Assembly: GCA_044229845.1 (NCBI GenBank)
Contig: JBGASG010000001.1
Coordinates: 864,001 to 928,000 of the forward strand
DNA from: Candidatus Obscuribacteraceae bacterium
GTDB lineage: Bacteria; Cyanobacteriota; Vampirovibrionia; Obscuribacterales; Obscuribacteraceae
DNA length: 64,000 nucleotides
Direction: 5' to 3'
Under the pieces are notes generated by a model. That model was given only the letters and a program-made list of their open reading frames with translations. It was not told where the DNA came from and did not search any database. The stretch's first letter is position 1. Each line of letters opens with the position of its first letter. The position numbers were made by a program, and so were the translations under genes. Below, piece after piece: positions 19,540 to 30,159 of the stretch.

Positions 19540-20529
19540 TTACTTGGGCGACTTTGTCGGTCTGAAGGTTACCGAAGTCCAGTCAAAGGGTGGAATCAAA
19601 AGCCCGTCATTGCGACGAATTTCTTCGAGCACCAGTCGATCTCTTGCCGGGCAAGAAACGTCACTTTGCTGTGCCTTCGGCGGCGTTGCCTCGCTCGGAA
19701 GCGGTGGCAGTCCGGCGATGCAGAAACTGCCGGGCGCGGAGCGCACGTGAGTGTATGTAATGGTAAAAGGTTTTTCGCGCTCCTGTTTAAGAAACGAACG
19801 CACGTCTTCGACCGGGCGGTAATACGAGATGCTGACACCATCGCGCGATGCGATATCGGCAACGCCGATCACTTTGCCCTCGCTGTTGAGCAGCGGTCCG
19901 CCGGAGTTGCCGCGCTCGACGTGCACATCGCCTTCGATGACTTTGCCGGACAGCGCTTTCAGCCAGTTGTCTTTCTCCAGACTGTTGGCGGATTTGAATT
20001 TGGCGGCGATGGCGTTCTTGTCCACGAGGTCGTAGATCGTTACGTGTGCGTTGTAATCGCCGGGAGAGAGGTACGCTGTGCTGAATCCTTTCGGATAGCC
20101 GATTGAGTACACAGGCTGATCGGGAGCCATTTTAGAATCGTCGGCGAGCTTGAGATAAGGTTGCTTGCTGCCGTCGAATTCTTCAAGTTGCAGGCGCGCC
20201 AGGTCGGTGGTATCAGAGATGTCGACGATGCGGGCGCGGTAAGCTTTGCCGTTCATGGTGACGGCGAAGGTTTCTCTAGCGTTGAGCACCACATGCGCGG
20301 CGGTGAGAATTTCGCCATGGTCGTTGATGAAGAAACCAGAGCCGGTGCCTTTATCTGTCTTTAGTTGAACGACCGCCGGATTCACATCTTCATACATTTT
20401 GCGCAGAGCGGCATCCTGTACTTGCGCCGCCGCATCTGGTGGCGAAAGCGGTACATCTTTGCTGAGTAGTGGAATTCGTGTCTGGTCGGACATGGCGGTA
20501 AGTGCTCTCTTCTGTGTTGTGTCTTCCAT
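19540..20529 (-). CDS. Trypsin-like serine protease (S1C/HtrA-like, no PDZ)
   Basis: GSGFFI, LTAAHV, DLA, GNSGGPLLN. Confidence 0.9.
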   Translation of the reverse strand: MEDTTQKRALTAMSDQTRIPLLSKDVPLSPPDAAAQVQDAALRKMYEDVNPAVVQLKTDKGTGSGFFINDHGEILTAAHVVLNARETFAVTMNGKAYRARIVDISDTTDLARLQLEEFDGSKQPYLKLADDSKMAPDQPVYSIGYPKGFSTAYLSPGDYNAHVTIYDLVDKNAIAAKFKSANSLEKDNWLKALSGKVIEGDVHVERGNSGGPLLNSEGKVIGVADIASRDGVSISYYRPVEDVRSFLKQEREKPFTITYTHVRSAPGSFCIAGLPPLPSEATPPKAQQSDVSCPARDRLVLEEIRRNDGLLIPPFDWTSVTFRPTKSPK

Positions 20530-20580
20530 GGAGGCGAGGCGTGCCCGCAGGCACGCCCACTCTCCATGTTCAACCGAACC

Positions 20581-21681
20581 CTATTTTGTGGGAGCGGCAG
20601 GTTGCGGCACTTCGCCCGGTCTCGGTACATTGATGAACGGAATGGGAGTGCCACCACCCTGGTAGACGGGCACTTTGCCATCCCATTTTTCGATGGCGTT
20701 GAGATCAATCAATGCCGGGTTCACCTTCAGTGCTTCGGCGCGGCGACGGATTGCTTCGGCTTCCGCCTTGCTGCGCACTTCGGTGGCATAGGCTTCGCCG
20801 TCGGCTTTCGCCTTCATGGCTTCACGCAAGCCTTCGGCTTCGGTGATTCGTTGTTTCTTCTCTGACTCGGCGCGCAGTGCATCTTGCGCTGCCTTCACTT
20901 TTAGCTCGATGCTCTTATTGTATTCATCGGAGAATTTGAAGTCGGTGATGGCGATCACACCAATTGAGAGTGCGTTCTCCAGTCCGCGTTCTTTGAGTGC
21001 GGTGGCGATGTACTCCTTCAGTGCTTGCTCAACTTCTTCCTTCACGTGTTGGCGTTTGGTGATCAGTTCTTCCGCCGTGTAGCGGGCGCAGACTGCCTTC
21101 AGGCACTCCAGAACACCAGGATTGATGACGACGGCTTCCACTTTTTCCAGAGTGCCGATCTTCTGGAATACTTGCGGACCATGTCCGGCATTCATGTGGA
21201 ACGGCACCGTTACCTGGGTCGTAACCTGTTGCAAGTCGTGCGAACCAGCCTGCGCACGAACGGTATTGGCAATCAGGTTAGTCGGCATCATATAAACATG
21301 TTGCCACGGCCATTTTGCATGCAGTCCGGGCTCCAACGCATCCTTATATACGTGCCCAAACGAGGTCAGCACGCCTTCGCCTTGTGCCGGGATTTTTGCT
21401 GCCACCACGGCGTTGTAACCGCCGACTTCAATCTCTGCCGGGTGCAGGTTGTCTTGTCCTTGCTGCGGATCATTTACCAGGGTCAGCCCCGGTACATTGT
21501 CCGTGGTACCGGCAGCGGTGGCGGTCATCGCCGTCCAGGCATCTCTCTGCTCGGTTGCGGACGTGCCGGCGAATTGATTGTGCAGGGGTTGGGGCTGCTC
21601 CGCCGCACGTTCTTCGAGATCTTTGGCGATCATGTCCATGATGCTGGGTTGTGCCGGTGCTTGTGTGATAACTTCTGTCAT
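20581..21681 (-). CDS. SPFH/prohibitin (band 7) protein
   Basis: GV..FG.V....L.PGLH...PW, DLQ.V, YTAEELITKR, FS.EY..SIE.K, AEAEA, IEKWDG; GGGAGG RBS. Confidence 0.88.
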   Translation of the reverse strand: MTEVITQAPAQPSIMDMIAKDLEERAAEQPQPLHNQFAGTSATEQRDAWTAMTATAAGTTDNVPGLTLVNDPQQGQDNLHPAEIEVGGYNAVVAAKIPAQGEGVLTSFGHVYKDALEPGLHAKWPWQHVYMMPTNLIANTVRAQAGSHDLQQVTTQVTVPFHMNAGHGPQVFQKIGTLEKVEAVVINPGVLECLKAVCARYTAEELITKRQHVKEEVEQALKEYIATALKERGLENALSIGVIAITDFKFSDEYNKSIELKVKAAQDALRAESEKKQRITEAEGLREAMKAKADGEAYATEVRSKAEAEAIRRRAEALKVNPALIDLNAIEKWDGKVPVYQGGGTPIPFINVPRPGEVPQPAAPTK

Positions 21682-22207
21682 GATTGATTCCTCCCGGTTG
21701 CAGCACAAGGTGCCGCTAAGTAAGAGCGGTGAATAGGTGGTGGTGACTGCCGTGCGAATGCTTGCCATGCGAGCTCCGGCATGGCATGAGGTTATTGACG
21801 CGTGCAACATCGCAAGCCGGAGAGACGCAGCCGACTTCGCGCAACGGCGGCAGGCAGCGGTAAGCTGCAAGCATCGCGTTGCACCGGAAGCTCTGCAGGC
21901 TACCGTGCTTTTGATTTATTCCGCATCAGGACGCAGTGACAGGCACCCTTCAGGGTGTCTTAGTTGATTGGGTTGATGGAGAGTTATTCAGGTCAATGAT
22001 GGTGGCAATGAGCCACCGACGACATAAGGTGGCGAGATTTTACTCGTCTTCGCTCGGACAGGTTGAACGAATTTGCTGGGACATAGCACCCCCTAAACCG
22101 ACAACGCCAGTTGTGATCATTTATGAGCCGGACCCAGTTAACAGCCGATAGTAATTGAACATATACGAGTCGCCGTTTCTTTTGACAAACTAATCATGAA
22201 ATCCGCT

Positions 22208-24745
22208 TTACTTCCAGTCGAGTGTTTGCGAGCAGCATATATCGCGGCTCGACGCACCAAACGCGATTTCGTACTTGCCGGCGGGCGACACCCACTGGTG
22301 CGCTTTCGCATCATATATAGAGAACGATTCGGCATTCAGAGGCAGCGTCACTGTTTTGGTTTCTCCAGGAGCCAGCACCACGCGAGCGAATCCTTTGAGT
22401 TCTTGATTCGGTCTGTCTACGGTGCTGCCGATTGGGCGCACGTACATCTGCACCACTTCGGCGCCGGGGCGCGCACCGGTATTGGTGACGTCAACCGACG
22501 CGGTCATGGGCTGCCCTGTTTCGTGACTGAGCTTCGCGTTGTTCATTGCGAATGTCGTGTACGACAAGCCGTAGCCAAACGGATACAGAGGTTCGATGTG
22601 CTTCTTATCGTAGTGCCGGTAGCCGACGTAGATGCCCTCGGCGTATTTGAGTGTGCCACCGTCCGCGGGGTCGCCGGGATAGTTGCCGAATGCGGGCGAG
22701 TCTTCCCATCTGCGCTCGAAGGTGTCCGGCAACCGGCCGCTTGGATTGAGGTCGCCGAATATGGTTTCGGCGACGGCGGTGTAGCCGTGTTGTCCGGGAT
22801 ACCAGGCATGGAGCAGAGCCGGAACCTTGTCCGCGCTGCCCTGCATGAGTACATTGCCGCCGGCATTGATTACCGCTACGGTGCGGGGATTGAGTTGAGA
22901 AACTTGCTTGAGCAACTCCTGTTGGTCCGCCGGCAAGTCGAGCGAGCGGTCGAATCCTTCGGACTCCAGTGCTGCGTTGAAACCAACAGCTGCCACCACA
23001 ACGTCGGCTGCTTCGATAGCTTTCTTTTGTTCCGGCGAAAAGTCTTTTGTGCATTTGTTGAAAGCAAACTGCATCACCGCTTGCTCCGCCGAGTCGTGCT
23101 TGTATTCGATGACGACAGTACGAGTCTCGCCCGCTTTCATTGAGAGGCTCTGAATCAAGCGCTTGGCGTTCGGGCTATAACCTAGATTGAAGTATGGCTG
23201 ACCTTCCACTGCAATGCGGGCGTTATCGCTGGCAAATGCCAGGTCGTACTCGTCGGTTTGCGGCGCCTTGATTTTGAATGTCCAGCGAGCCGAGAACGGT
23301 TTCTTCAACGGCAGCGGTTTTGGCTGCCACTCCGCCCATTGATGATCGATGATAGTTTCGTAGTCGGTCAAGACCGGCGGTCCTGCCAGCGAATTATTGG
23401 CGAAGTACTCGACTTTGGCCGCTGACAATCCGTTTTCCGGCAGCGGTTCAAATGGTATCTTATTGATGGCGAGATTCAGTGCTTTTGTCGGATCGGGACC
23501 GACCCACGTCGGAATGTACACGACTTCGGTGTTAGGTCCGGCGATGTCCTTCAACGCAAATTGCAATCCCACGCTTTTGAAAGGTTGCGTGTAACTGCTG
23601 CCACCACCGCTTATTACAGGCGGCCAGACGTTGGGACCGAGCACCACCAGTTTGCGGATTTTGATTTTATCGAGAGGCAGGAAGTTGTTTTGATTTTTCA
23701 GCAGCACCAATCCTTCGCGTGCCACTTGCAGAGCCACCGCATCACTTGTCGGGTCATCGAGCGGGATCGATTTGTCTTCCTGCTTGTTGTCGAACCACCC
23801 CATGGCGACCGAAGGGCGCAGCACATTGCTGACCCTCTCGTCGAGAACAGCTTCCGATAATTTTCCGTCACGCAAGAAACCTTTAATCGTGTCGTACTTG
23901 TAGAACTCACGCGTGCCCATCTCCAGATCGGTGCCCGCGGTGAGCGGTCCCAGTGCGTCATGCACCGCGCCCCAGTCTGAGATCATGGTGCCCTTGAAAC
24001 CCCACTGCTTGCGCAGCACGTCGTCGAGCAAGTACTTGTTGGCGGTGCACCAATCGCCGTTCACTTTATTGTATGCAGCCATCAGCGTCCACGAATTGGC
24101 GTCTTGCACGGCCGCTTTGAATGGTGGCAGGCAGATTTCGTGCAGGCGGCGTTCGTCTATGATTGTGTTGATGCTGCCGCGCTGGATTTCCTGATCGTTG
24201 GCGGCGTAGTGTTTGACGCATGCGGCGACGCGCTCGCCCTGGCATCCCTTGATCCAGGCTGACGTGATTGCGGCCGACAGGAAAGGGTCCTCGCCGAAGT
24301 ATTCGAAGTTTCTTCCACACTGTGCGACGCGATAAAGATCGCAACCGGGTCCCAGCAGAATATGCACGCCGCGCGCCCGGCAATCTCGGCCCAGCGCTTT
24401 GCCGACGGCGCGTGCGGTATCAGTGTTCCACGTTGCGGCGAGCATGGCGCCAGCCGGATAGGCGGTGGACTTGCCCCACACGCGCACCCCGACGGGACCA
24501 TCACTGAACTTGAGTTGAGGTATCCCCAATCGCTCGATACCGGGCACTCCCATTTCGTCGCTGGTGCCTGAGAGTAAAAGTATCTTTTCGTCGACTGTCA
24601 TTTGCTTGACCAGGTTTTTCACCTGAGCTTCGACCTTGTCGTCGTCATAGGTGCTCTTCGCAGTAGCATCGTCGAGACAAGCGCCGGCAATCACAACGAT
24701 GCATGCAGAAATCAGCGCCGGCAGTTTGCGAAGCGAGTACGCCAT
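22208..24745 (-). CDS. GH3 beta-glucosidase with PA14 insert and Fn3-like domain, secreted
   Basis: SDGPVG, GRNFEYFGEDP, KHY, SDWG (nucleophile Asp), ESEGFDR, YPFGYGLSYT, ELKGF. Confidence 0.93.
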   Translation of the reverse strand: MAYSLRKLPALISACIVVIAGACLDDATAKSTYDDDKVEAQVKNLVKQMTVDEKILLLSGTSDEMGVPGIERLGIPQLKFSDGPVGVRVWGKSTAYPAGAMLAATWNTDTARAVGKALGRDCRARGVHILLGPGCDLYRVAQCGRNFEYFGEDPFLSAAITSAWIKGCQGERVAACVKHYAANDQEIQRGSINTIIDERRLHEICLPPFKAAVQDANSWTLMAAYNKVNGDWCTANKYLLDDVLRKQWGFKGTMISDWGAVHDALGPLTAGTDLEMGTREFYKYDTIKGFLRDGKLSEAVLDERVSNVLRPSVAMGWFDNKQEDKSIPLDDPTSDAVALQVAREGLVLLKNQNNFLPLDKIKIRKLVVLGPNVWPPVISGGGSSYTQPFKSVGLQFALKDIAGPNTEVVYIPTWVGPDPTKALNLAINKIPFEPLPENGLSAAKVEYFANNSLAGPPVLTDYETIIDHQWAEWQPKPLPLKKPFSARWTFKIKAPQTDEYDLAFASDNARIAVEGQPYFNLGYSPNAKRLIQSLSMKAGETRTVVIEYKHDSAEQAVMQFAFNKCTKDFSPEQKKAIEAADVVVAAVGFNAALESEGFDRSLDLPADQQELLKQVSQLNPRTVAVINAGGNVLMQGSADKVPALLHAWYPGQHGYTAVAETIFGDLNPSGRLPDTFERRWEDSPAFGNYPGDPADGGTLKYAEGIYVGYRHYDKKHIEPLYPFGYGLSYTTFAMNNAKLSHETGQPMTASVDVTNTGARPGAEVVQMYVRPIGSTVDRPNQELKGFARVVLAPGETKTVTLPLNAESFSIYDAKAHQWVSPAGKYEIAFGASSRDICCSQTLDWK

Positions 24746-24813
24746 AGTTTCATCCCCAGCTCAAACAACGTGTGCGTCGCATATTGTAGAGGAAACGGCT
24801 GCCAACAGATGCG

Positions 24814-25554
24814 CTATAGAGGTGTCATCTCGAAGATGGTGACCAGGGATGGTAGCGCCTGAATCACGAATCCGGTGATAAACAAAATGATGCCGGCGGT
24901 ACCGAATGTTTTTGGTGGCAGGTTGTCGGAATACCATTCGATGACCGGGCTGACTGATGTGACTACCAGGATCATGGTTGCGAAGGTGAGGCAGAACTTG
25001 ATCACCAGGAGCAATGTCTTCTGGTCGGCATGGGTGATACTGGCGCCGAACAGACCGGAGGCGAGAGCGAGACTGCCGAGGAACACCACCAGCAAAAGTT
25101 GTTTCCAGTGGAACTGAGGTTTTTTGCCTGACTGATAGACGAGTGTCGGCGATATTTTGACTTTGGGCAAAACGTAGGACATCGTGCACACCAGGCAGCC
25201 CATCAAGATGGCGAGCAGCGGCGATGCGAGCGGCCAGAGTGCGGCGGCCATTGCAACGCCTCGCACCATACCGGTACACATCAGAAACGCGTTGCTGTCA
25301 GGAACATTGCGTCCCGCTCTGTCCAGGTGCAGACCCAGCGGAATTCCAAATCCGAAACCGACGATCAGTGCAAATCTGAAACCCATCGGGACCAGGAAAA
25401 GCAAAACGATCAGAACGCTGTAGTTGATAATCTTGGTCAGGCGAGCAAGCGGACCATTCTCGCCGCCCAGCAAATCGTATGCCAGGTAGAGACCGCCCAT
25501 GACGTCGCACGTCATGCCGATGATCGTCACTATCGCCGAGAGATTGTTATCCAT
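24814..25554 (-). CDS. Hypothetical multi-pass membrane protein
   Basis: About 7-8 hydrophobic helices; YLAYDLLGG. Confidence 0.7.
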   Translation of the reverse strand: MDNNLSAIVTIIGMTCDVMGGLYLAYDLLGGENGPLARLTKIINYSVLIVLLFLVPMGFRFALIVGFGFGIPLGLHLDRAGRNVPDSNAFLMCTGMVRGVAMAAALWPLASPLLAILMGCLVCTMSYVLPKVKISPTLVYQSGKKPQFHWKQLLLVVFLGSLALASGLFGASITHADQKTLLLVIKFCLTFATMILVVTSVSPVIEWYSDNLPPKTFGTAGIILFITGFVIQALPSLVTIFEMTPL

Positions 25555-25698
25555 TCCTACTGTTGACTTCGCCGCTTGCCTGGCGCCGCGCCTTTCGCTC
25601 CTATGGTAACCGACCTGTCGACTGTCGACTGATGAGGAAGTCATGAGTTCCATCTTCTATAATGTCGCAATTGTCTAGGTAGGCGGAGCGAACCGGAA

Positions 25699-27570
25699 AT
25701 GCGATCCAACAAAAAGAGTCGACTGGCACAGATGGTGGTGGCGGTAGCTGTCCTCAGTCTGCTGTGTGGTGCACCAGTGGTGGCGGCCGAGCAGACCGAT
25801 TTTGAGCGCACCATGGCTGGTATCGCTGCGGGCACCGCGACCGACAGCAAGTCCGAGCACGGTCGCCTCTGGAAGATCTTCGATGCTTGCTGGTCCTACA
25901 AAATGCACGAAAGTCCCGACTGGGCAACCGCTGTTGGCTATCCTGGACAAAACGGCAAGTGGACCGATGACTCGCTGACCGCCATCGAAAGACGCAAGCG
26001 CGAATTGGAAGCCCCGATGAAGGCGCTCAAGAGCATTGACAGGACGAAACTATCCAAGGCTGACCAGCTCAATTACGACATGTTCGAATATGGATTGTCC
26101 CTCGAATTGGAGGGGCGGCAGTTTCCCGACGAGCTGATGCCGTTGAATCAATTGAATGGACCGCAGGAAAGTCCTGCCAACACTATTGCGCAAAATCCGA
26201 CCACATCGGTCAAGGATTACGAAGACATTATTTCGCGGTTGAAAGGCGTTCCGACCGTCATCGATCAGCAGATCGATTTGATGAAGGCTGGATTGAAAGC
26301 CGGACTCACGCCGCCGAAGGTGACGCTCAAGGATGTTCCGCAGCAGATCAAGGATCAAATTGTCGACGACCCGATGGCCAGCCCGCTCCTCGAACCGTTC
26401 AAAAAGTTTCCTGCCGAAATAGGCGAAGCAGACCGCAAACGCTTGAAGGAATCGGCAGCCACCATATACACCACCAGTATCAAGCCCTCTTATCAGAAGC
26501 TGTACACCTTCTTCACCGAGGAGTACTATCCGAAGACGCGCGAAACGCTGGCATTGAGCGACCTGCCCAACGGCAAAGCCTGGTACGCGTATAACCTGCG
26601 TTCCAACACGACGACCAACCTTTCGGCAGCGGAGATCCACCAGCGCGGTCTCGATGAAGTGAAGCGCATTCGCGGCGAAATGGATAAGCTGATTGCCGAG
26701 ACTGGATTCAAAGGCAATCTGCAGGATTTCTCCAAATACCTGCGCACCGACCCGAAGTTCTTCTATTCCAACTCGGATGAACTGGTGGCAGCTTATCGTG
26801 ATATCGCCAAGCGTATCGATCCTCAGCTCATGAAACAGTTCGGTAAGTTGCCGCGTTTGCAATATGGAGTGCAAGCGGTGCCTGCATTTTCTGAGCGCGC
26901 GCAACCGACAGCATACTATCGTCCGGGCTCGGTGGAGGCCGGGCGCGCTGGTGTGTTTTTTGCCAACACATACAACTTGAAGACGCGACCGAAGTGGGAG
27001 ATGGAAGCGCTGACATTGCACGAAGCCGTGCCCGGGCACCACTTGCAGATCTCGCTTGCCGAAGAAATGGAGGGCGTACCCGACTTTCGCCGCCATGAAG
27101 GCTATAACGCGTTTGGCGAAGGATGGGGTCTGTACGCCGAAAGCCTTGGTGGCGACCTGGACATGTACAAAGATCCGTACTCCCGATACGGTCAGCTGAC
27201 CTACGAAATGTGGCGTGCAATCAGATTGGTGCTGGACACCGGCATCCATTCGATGGGCTGGACGCGTCAGCAGGCGGTCGATTATTTTAGAGAAAACTCC
27301 AGCAAGACAGAACACGACATCAACGTCGAGGTCGATAGATACATAGTTTGGCCGGGGCAGGCGACTGCGTACAAGATCGGTCAGATGACGATTAAGGAGC
27401 TGCGCCAGCAGGCTAAGAAAGAATTGGGCGACCAGTTTGATGTGCGGGAGTTTCACGATGCGGTATTGGCGAATGGAACTGTGCCGCTCGATGTGTTGCG
27501 GGCGCAGATTGCCCTATGGATCGCATCGAAGCGCCAGCAATCCAGCAACACTCCAGCAGCAATTAAGTAA
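25699..27570 (+). CDS. DUF885 family protein (metallopeptidase-like), secreted
   Basis: HEAVPGHHLQ, EGWGLYAE, RLVLDTGIH, EVDRY..WPGQA.AYK.G. Confidence 0.92.
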   Translation: MRSNKKSRLAQMVVAVAVLSLLCGAPVVAAEQTDFERTMAGIAAGTATDSKSEHGRLWKIFDACWSYKMHESPDWATAVGYPGQNGKWTDDSLTAIERRKRELEAPMKALKSIDRTKLSKADQLNYDMFEYGLSLELEGRQFPDELMPLNQLNGPQESPANTIAQNPTTSVKDYEDIISRLKGVPTVIDQQIDLMKAGLKAGLTPPKVTLKDVPQQIKDQIVDDPMASPLLEPFKKFPAEIGEADRKRLKESAATIYTTSIKPSYQKLYTFFTEEYYPKTRETLALSDLPNGKAWYAYNLRSNTTTNLSAAEIHQRGLDEVKRIRGEMDKLIAETGFKGNLQDFSKYLRTDPKFFYSNSDELVAAYRDIAKRIDPQLMKQFGKLPRLQYGVQAVPAFSERAQPTAYYRPGSVEAGRAGVFFANTYNLKTRPKWEMEALTLHEAVPGHHLQISLAEEMEGVPDFRRHEGYNAFGEGWGLYAESLGGDLDMYKDPYSRYGQLTYEMWRAIRLVLDTGIHSMGWTRQQAVDYFRENSSKTEHDINVEVDRYIVWPGQATAYKIGQMTIKELRQQAKKELGDQFDVREFHDAVLANGTVPLDVLRAQIALWIASKRQQSSNTPAAIK

Positions 27571-27576
27571 GCTGCT

Positions 27577-28605
27577 ATGAAGAAACGCGAACACGGTGCC
27601 GCGCATAAGTCGTGCTTGTCAAATGTAGTCGAGGCGTTCGAAACTCAGAAGGTGCATCTGTCGCCGCCGGTATCTGTTGACGCTCTCGCCGCCTACGAGA
27701 GCGAGCTGGGACTGACACTGCCGGCGGAGCTGGTCGATCTACTTGTTTGTGCCGATGGAGCGACCGGGGTCGGTGGCGAAGAATTGCTCTGGTCGCTGGA
27801 ACGCATCCGTGCCACCAATCACGAAATGCGCAACGACGGAAAGCTGCAAGCGGGATGTATGCCGTTCCAGCATTTGCTGTTTTTCGCATCGTGCCCAAAT
27901 GGCAATTTACTCGGGTTTAGAGTTTTACCGTTCGAGATCGATCAGCAAGTTGTGCAGTGGTGCCGGAAGTCCGATAACCGCGAAGTGCTGGCAGTATGTC
28001 TGGGCAGCTATTTCGAGCGAGTCCTGGCGACCTCGAAGGCGGCCCGCCAAACGAGTTGGGTTTTCGATGCCGAGGCCGTTTTCAATCGCTGCCCGGTCAA
28101 AGCGGTCGACGACATCGCAGGCAAACTCAAGCAATTCTTCGACATTCGCGAAGGAGTGACTGAAAAGCAAATTGCCGACTTCGAGAAAGAAACTGGTTTG
28201 CAGCTGCCACCAGAAGCGAAAGCCATCTATTTATTTAGCGACGGCATTCAGGACGGATGGTGGACGGTGTTTCCTCTGGAGAAACTGTTCGAATTGAACG
28301 CGGCGCAACGTTTGCGGGCTGCGCACCACAAAAACGAAGGCTTTTATCTGCCGTTTGAATCGATGTACTTTTTCGGTGAAGAGGGCAACGGCGATCTCTA
28401 TGGATTTCCAATCGTCGATGGGCAAATCGGCGGACGTGTCTATCGCTGGGATCACGAAACTGACAACCGCGAATTCGTGGGCGCCGACCTTCTATCATTC
28501 TTGCAGTATCAAATCGAATTCAAAGAAGAAGAGGCGCAGGAAGATGCCATTGAGGATCACTGTCATTCTTCCAACGCTTGCGAAATCTATGAGGAGGAGA
28601 GTTAA
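27577..28605 (+). CDS. Tandem SMI1/KNR4 domain protein (immunity-like)
   Basis: Two copies of E..LGL.LP......Y...DG...FF....GDL.GF....V..W..E. Confidence 0.8.
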   Translation: MKKREHGAAHKSCLSNVVEAFETQKVHLSPPVSVDALAAYESELGLTLPAELVDLLVCADGATGVGGEELLWSLERIRATNHEMRNDGKLQAGCMPFQHLLFFASCPNGNLLGFRVLPFEIDQQVVQWCRKSDNREVLAVCLGSYFERVLATSKAARQTSWVFDAEAVFNRCPVKAVDDIAGKLKQFFDIREGVTEKQIADFEKETGLQLPPEAKAIYLFSDGIQDGWWTVFPLEKLFELNAAQRLRAAHHKNEGFYLPFESMYFFGEEGNGDLYGFPIVDGQIGGRVYRWDHETDNREFVGADLLSFLQYQIEFKEEEAQEDAIEDHCHSSNACEIYEEES

Positions 28606-28612
28606 TTGACGC

Positions 28613-29521
28613 ATGCCTGAGTTGCCCGACATCGCAGCCTACATGCATGCGCTCGAGCCGCGCATTGTCGGCAAGCCGCTCGAACAGGTGCGGTTGGCTA
28701 GCGTGTTTTTACTCAGGACCGCCGAACCACCGATTGAGAAAGCGGAAGGACGAGTGGTGCGTGAACTGCGCCGCATTGGTAAGCGCATTGCCATCGGGCT
28801 GGACGGCGATTATTGGTTGGTGCTGCATCTGATGATCGCGGGGCGGCTGCATTGGAGAAGCAAAGGCGCGGCGCTTGGCGGTCGGCAGAACCTGGCGGCG
28901 TTCGACTTCCCCGATGGGTCGCTCGTATTTACGGAGGCTGGGTCGAAACACCGGGCGTCTCTGCATTTCTTCCATGGACAGGATGCGTTGACGGCAATCG
29001 ATCCTGGCGGCATCGATGTGTTTGCCTGCGATTTGCCGGCGTTTCGTGCGGCGCTCTCCGTAGAGAATCGCACCTTGAAGCGCGCGCTCACCGATCCGCG
29101 TATCATCAGCGGCATCGGTAATGCTTACTCAGACGAAATTCTCCATGCGGCGAAGTTGTCCCCGATTGCGCGTACGCACAAATTGACGGACGAAGAGTGG
29201 CAGCGACTCTACGACACATGCAAATCATCGCTGCAGATGTGGATGGATAGATTGTGCGCCGAGGCGGAAAAGAAGTTTCCCGAAAAGGTGACGGCGTTTC
29301 GTCCCGACATGGCGGCGCATGGCAAGTATCAAAAGCCGTGTCCTGTTTGCGGCGAATCCATACAACGTATTCGCTATGCCGATAACGAAACCAACTACTG
29401 CCCGCGGTGCCAAACTGACGGCGTGCTCCTTGCCGATCGCAGCTTGTCGCGCATCCTCAAATCGGACTGGCCGCGCACACTCGACGAACTCGAAGCGCTC
29501 AAGCGCCGCGAAAGCTCGTAA
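28613..29521 (+). CDS. Fpg/Nei family DNA glycosylase
   Basis: N-terminal [24 protein letters not shown] (H2TH), CPVC...CPRCQ zinc finger. Confidence 0.92.
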   Translation: MPELPDIAAYMHALEPRIVGKPLEQVRLASVFLLRTAEPPIEKAEGRVVRELRRIGKRIAIGLDGDYWLVLHLMIAGRLHWRSKGAALGGRQNLAAFDFPDGSLVFTEAGSKHRASLHFFHGQDALTAIDPGGIDVFACDLPAFRAALSVENRTLKRALTDPRIISGIGNAYSDEILHAAKLSPIARTHKLTDEEWQRLYDTCKSSLQMWMDRLCAEAEKKFPEKVTAFRPDMAAHGKYQKPCPVCGESIQRIRYADNETNYCPRCQTDGVLLADRSLSRILKSDWPRTLDELEALKRRESS

Positions 29522-29533
29522 ACGGGTAGAGCG

Positions 29534-30085
29534 TCAGCCGCCTGGCGAGAACATATAGTTTTTGTAGTAGCAGAGGTAATAGCGTTTGCTCGCTGGGTGC
29601 GACAGCAGCACTGCCGTCGTTTCGCACTGCTGCGCGTAGGAGAAACAGCATAATCCCTGCACCTCCGAAGCCGGGATGACCTCGATGACTGCTTTCTCGT
29701 CTGCGAATGCGTCAATGAGATCGTGCTTGCATCGCGCGATCGCGTCTCCCTCAGTTTTCACATCTCCTCGCATGATGTTTTGCAAGCCAGGCTGCTCCCA
29801 ACTGCGAGAATCCATCTTCAAATCATTGGCTGGTTTCAATCCGCCGGGGCTATCACCAGAAAACGCAATAAAGTAGCGGCTGTACAGCCCCAGAGCACCG
29901 CCCGAGGTGCCTGCCGCCTTTACCTGGGAGAAGTTGGAGTCCTCACCCAAATTCGATGCGAGCAGTTTGTGCGCCGAGAGCTGCGCAGGCGTTCCGAAAA
30001 TACACCAGGCGACCACTGCCATACCTACCAGGATGCAGGTGAGGAAGATGGCGAGCTGTTTGTTTCTCTTCTTGCTTGTGCTCAT
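29534..30085 (-). CDS. Hypothetical membrane-anchored protein
   Basis: Basic N-terminus followed by a TM helix. Confidence 0.6.
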   Translation of the reverse strand: MSTSKKRNKQLAIFLTCILVGMAVVAWCIFGTPAQLSAHKLLASNLGEDSNFSQVKAAGTSGGALGLYSRYFIAFSGDSPGGLKPANDLKMDSRSWEQPGLQNIMRGDVKTEGDAIARCKHDLIDAFADEKAVIEVIPASEVQGLCCFSYAQQCETTAVLLSHPASKRYYLCYYKNYMFSPGG

Positions 30086-30159
30086 TTATATCGAGCGCTC
30101 CAGGCATGCTGTACTCACATCATCGTAACATAGGCATGTGTCGACATTTCGTCAGCGCT

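Noticed and set aside
21690..22200. Long intergenic region with small hairpins (e.g. AGGCACCCT/AGGGTGTCT near 21941-21960)
   Set aside because: No recognisable riboswitch or convincing ORF; insufficient support
26050..27456. 468-aa antisense ORF (similarly 7668-8477, 9700-10518, 22196-23143, 42852-43742, 55963-56889)
   Set aside because: Shadow ORFs opposite better-supported genes; no recognisable motifs
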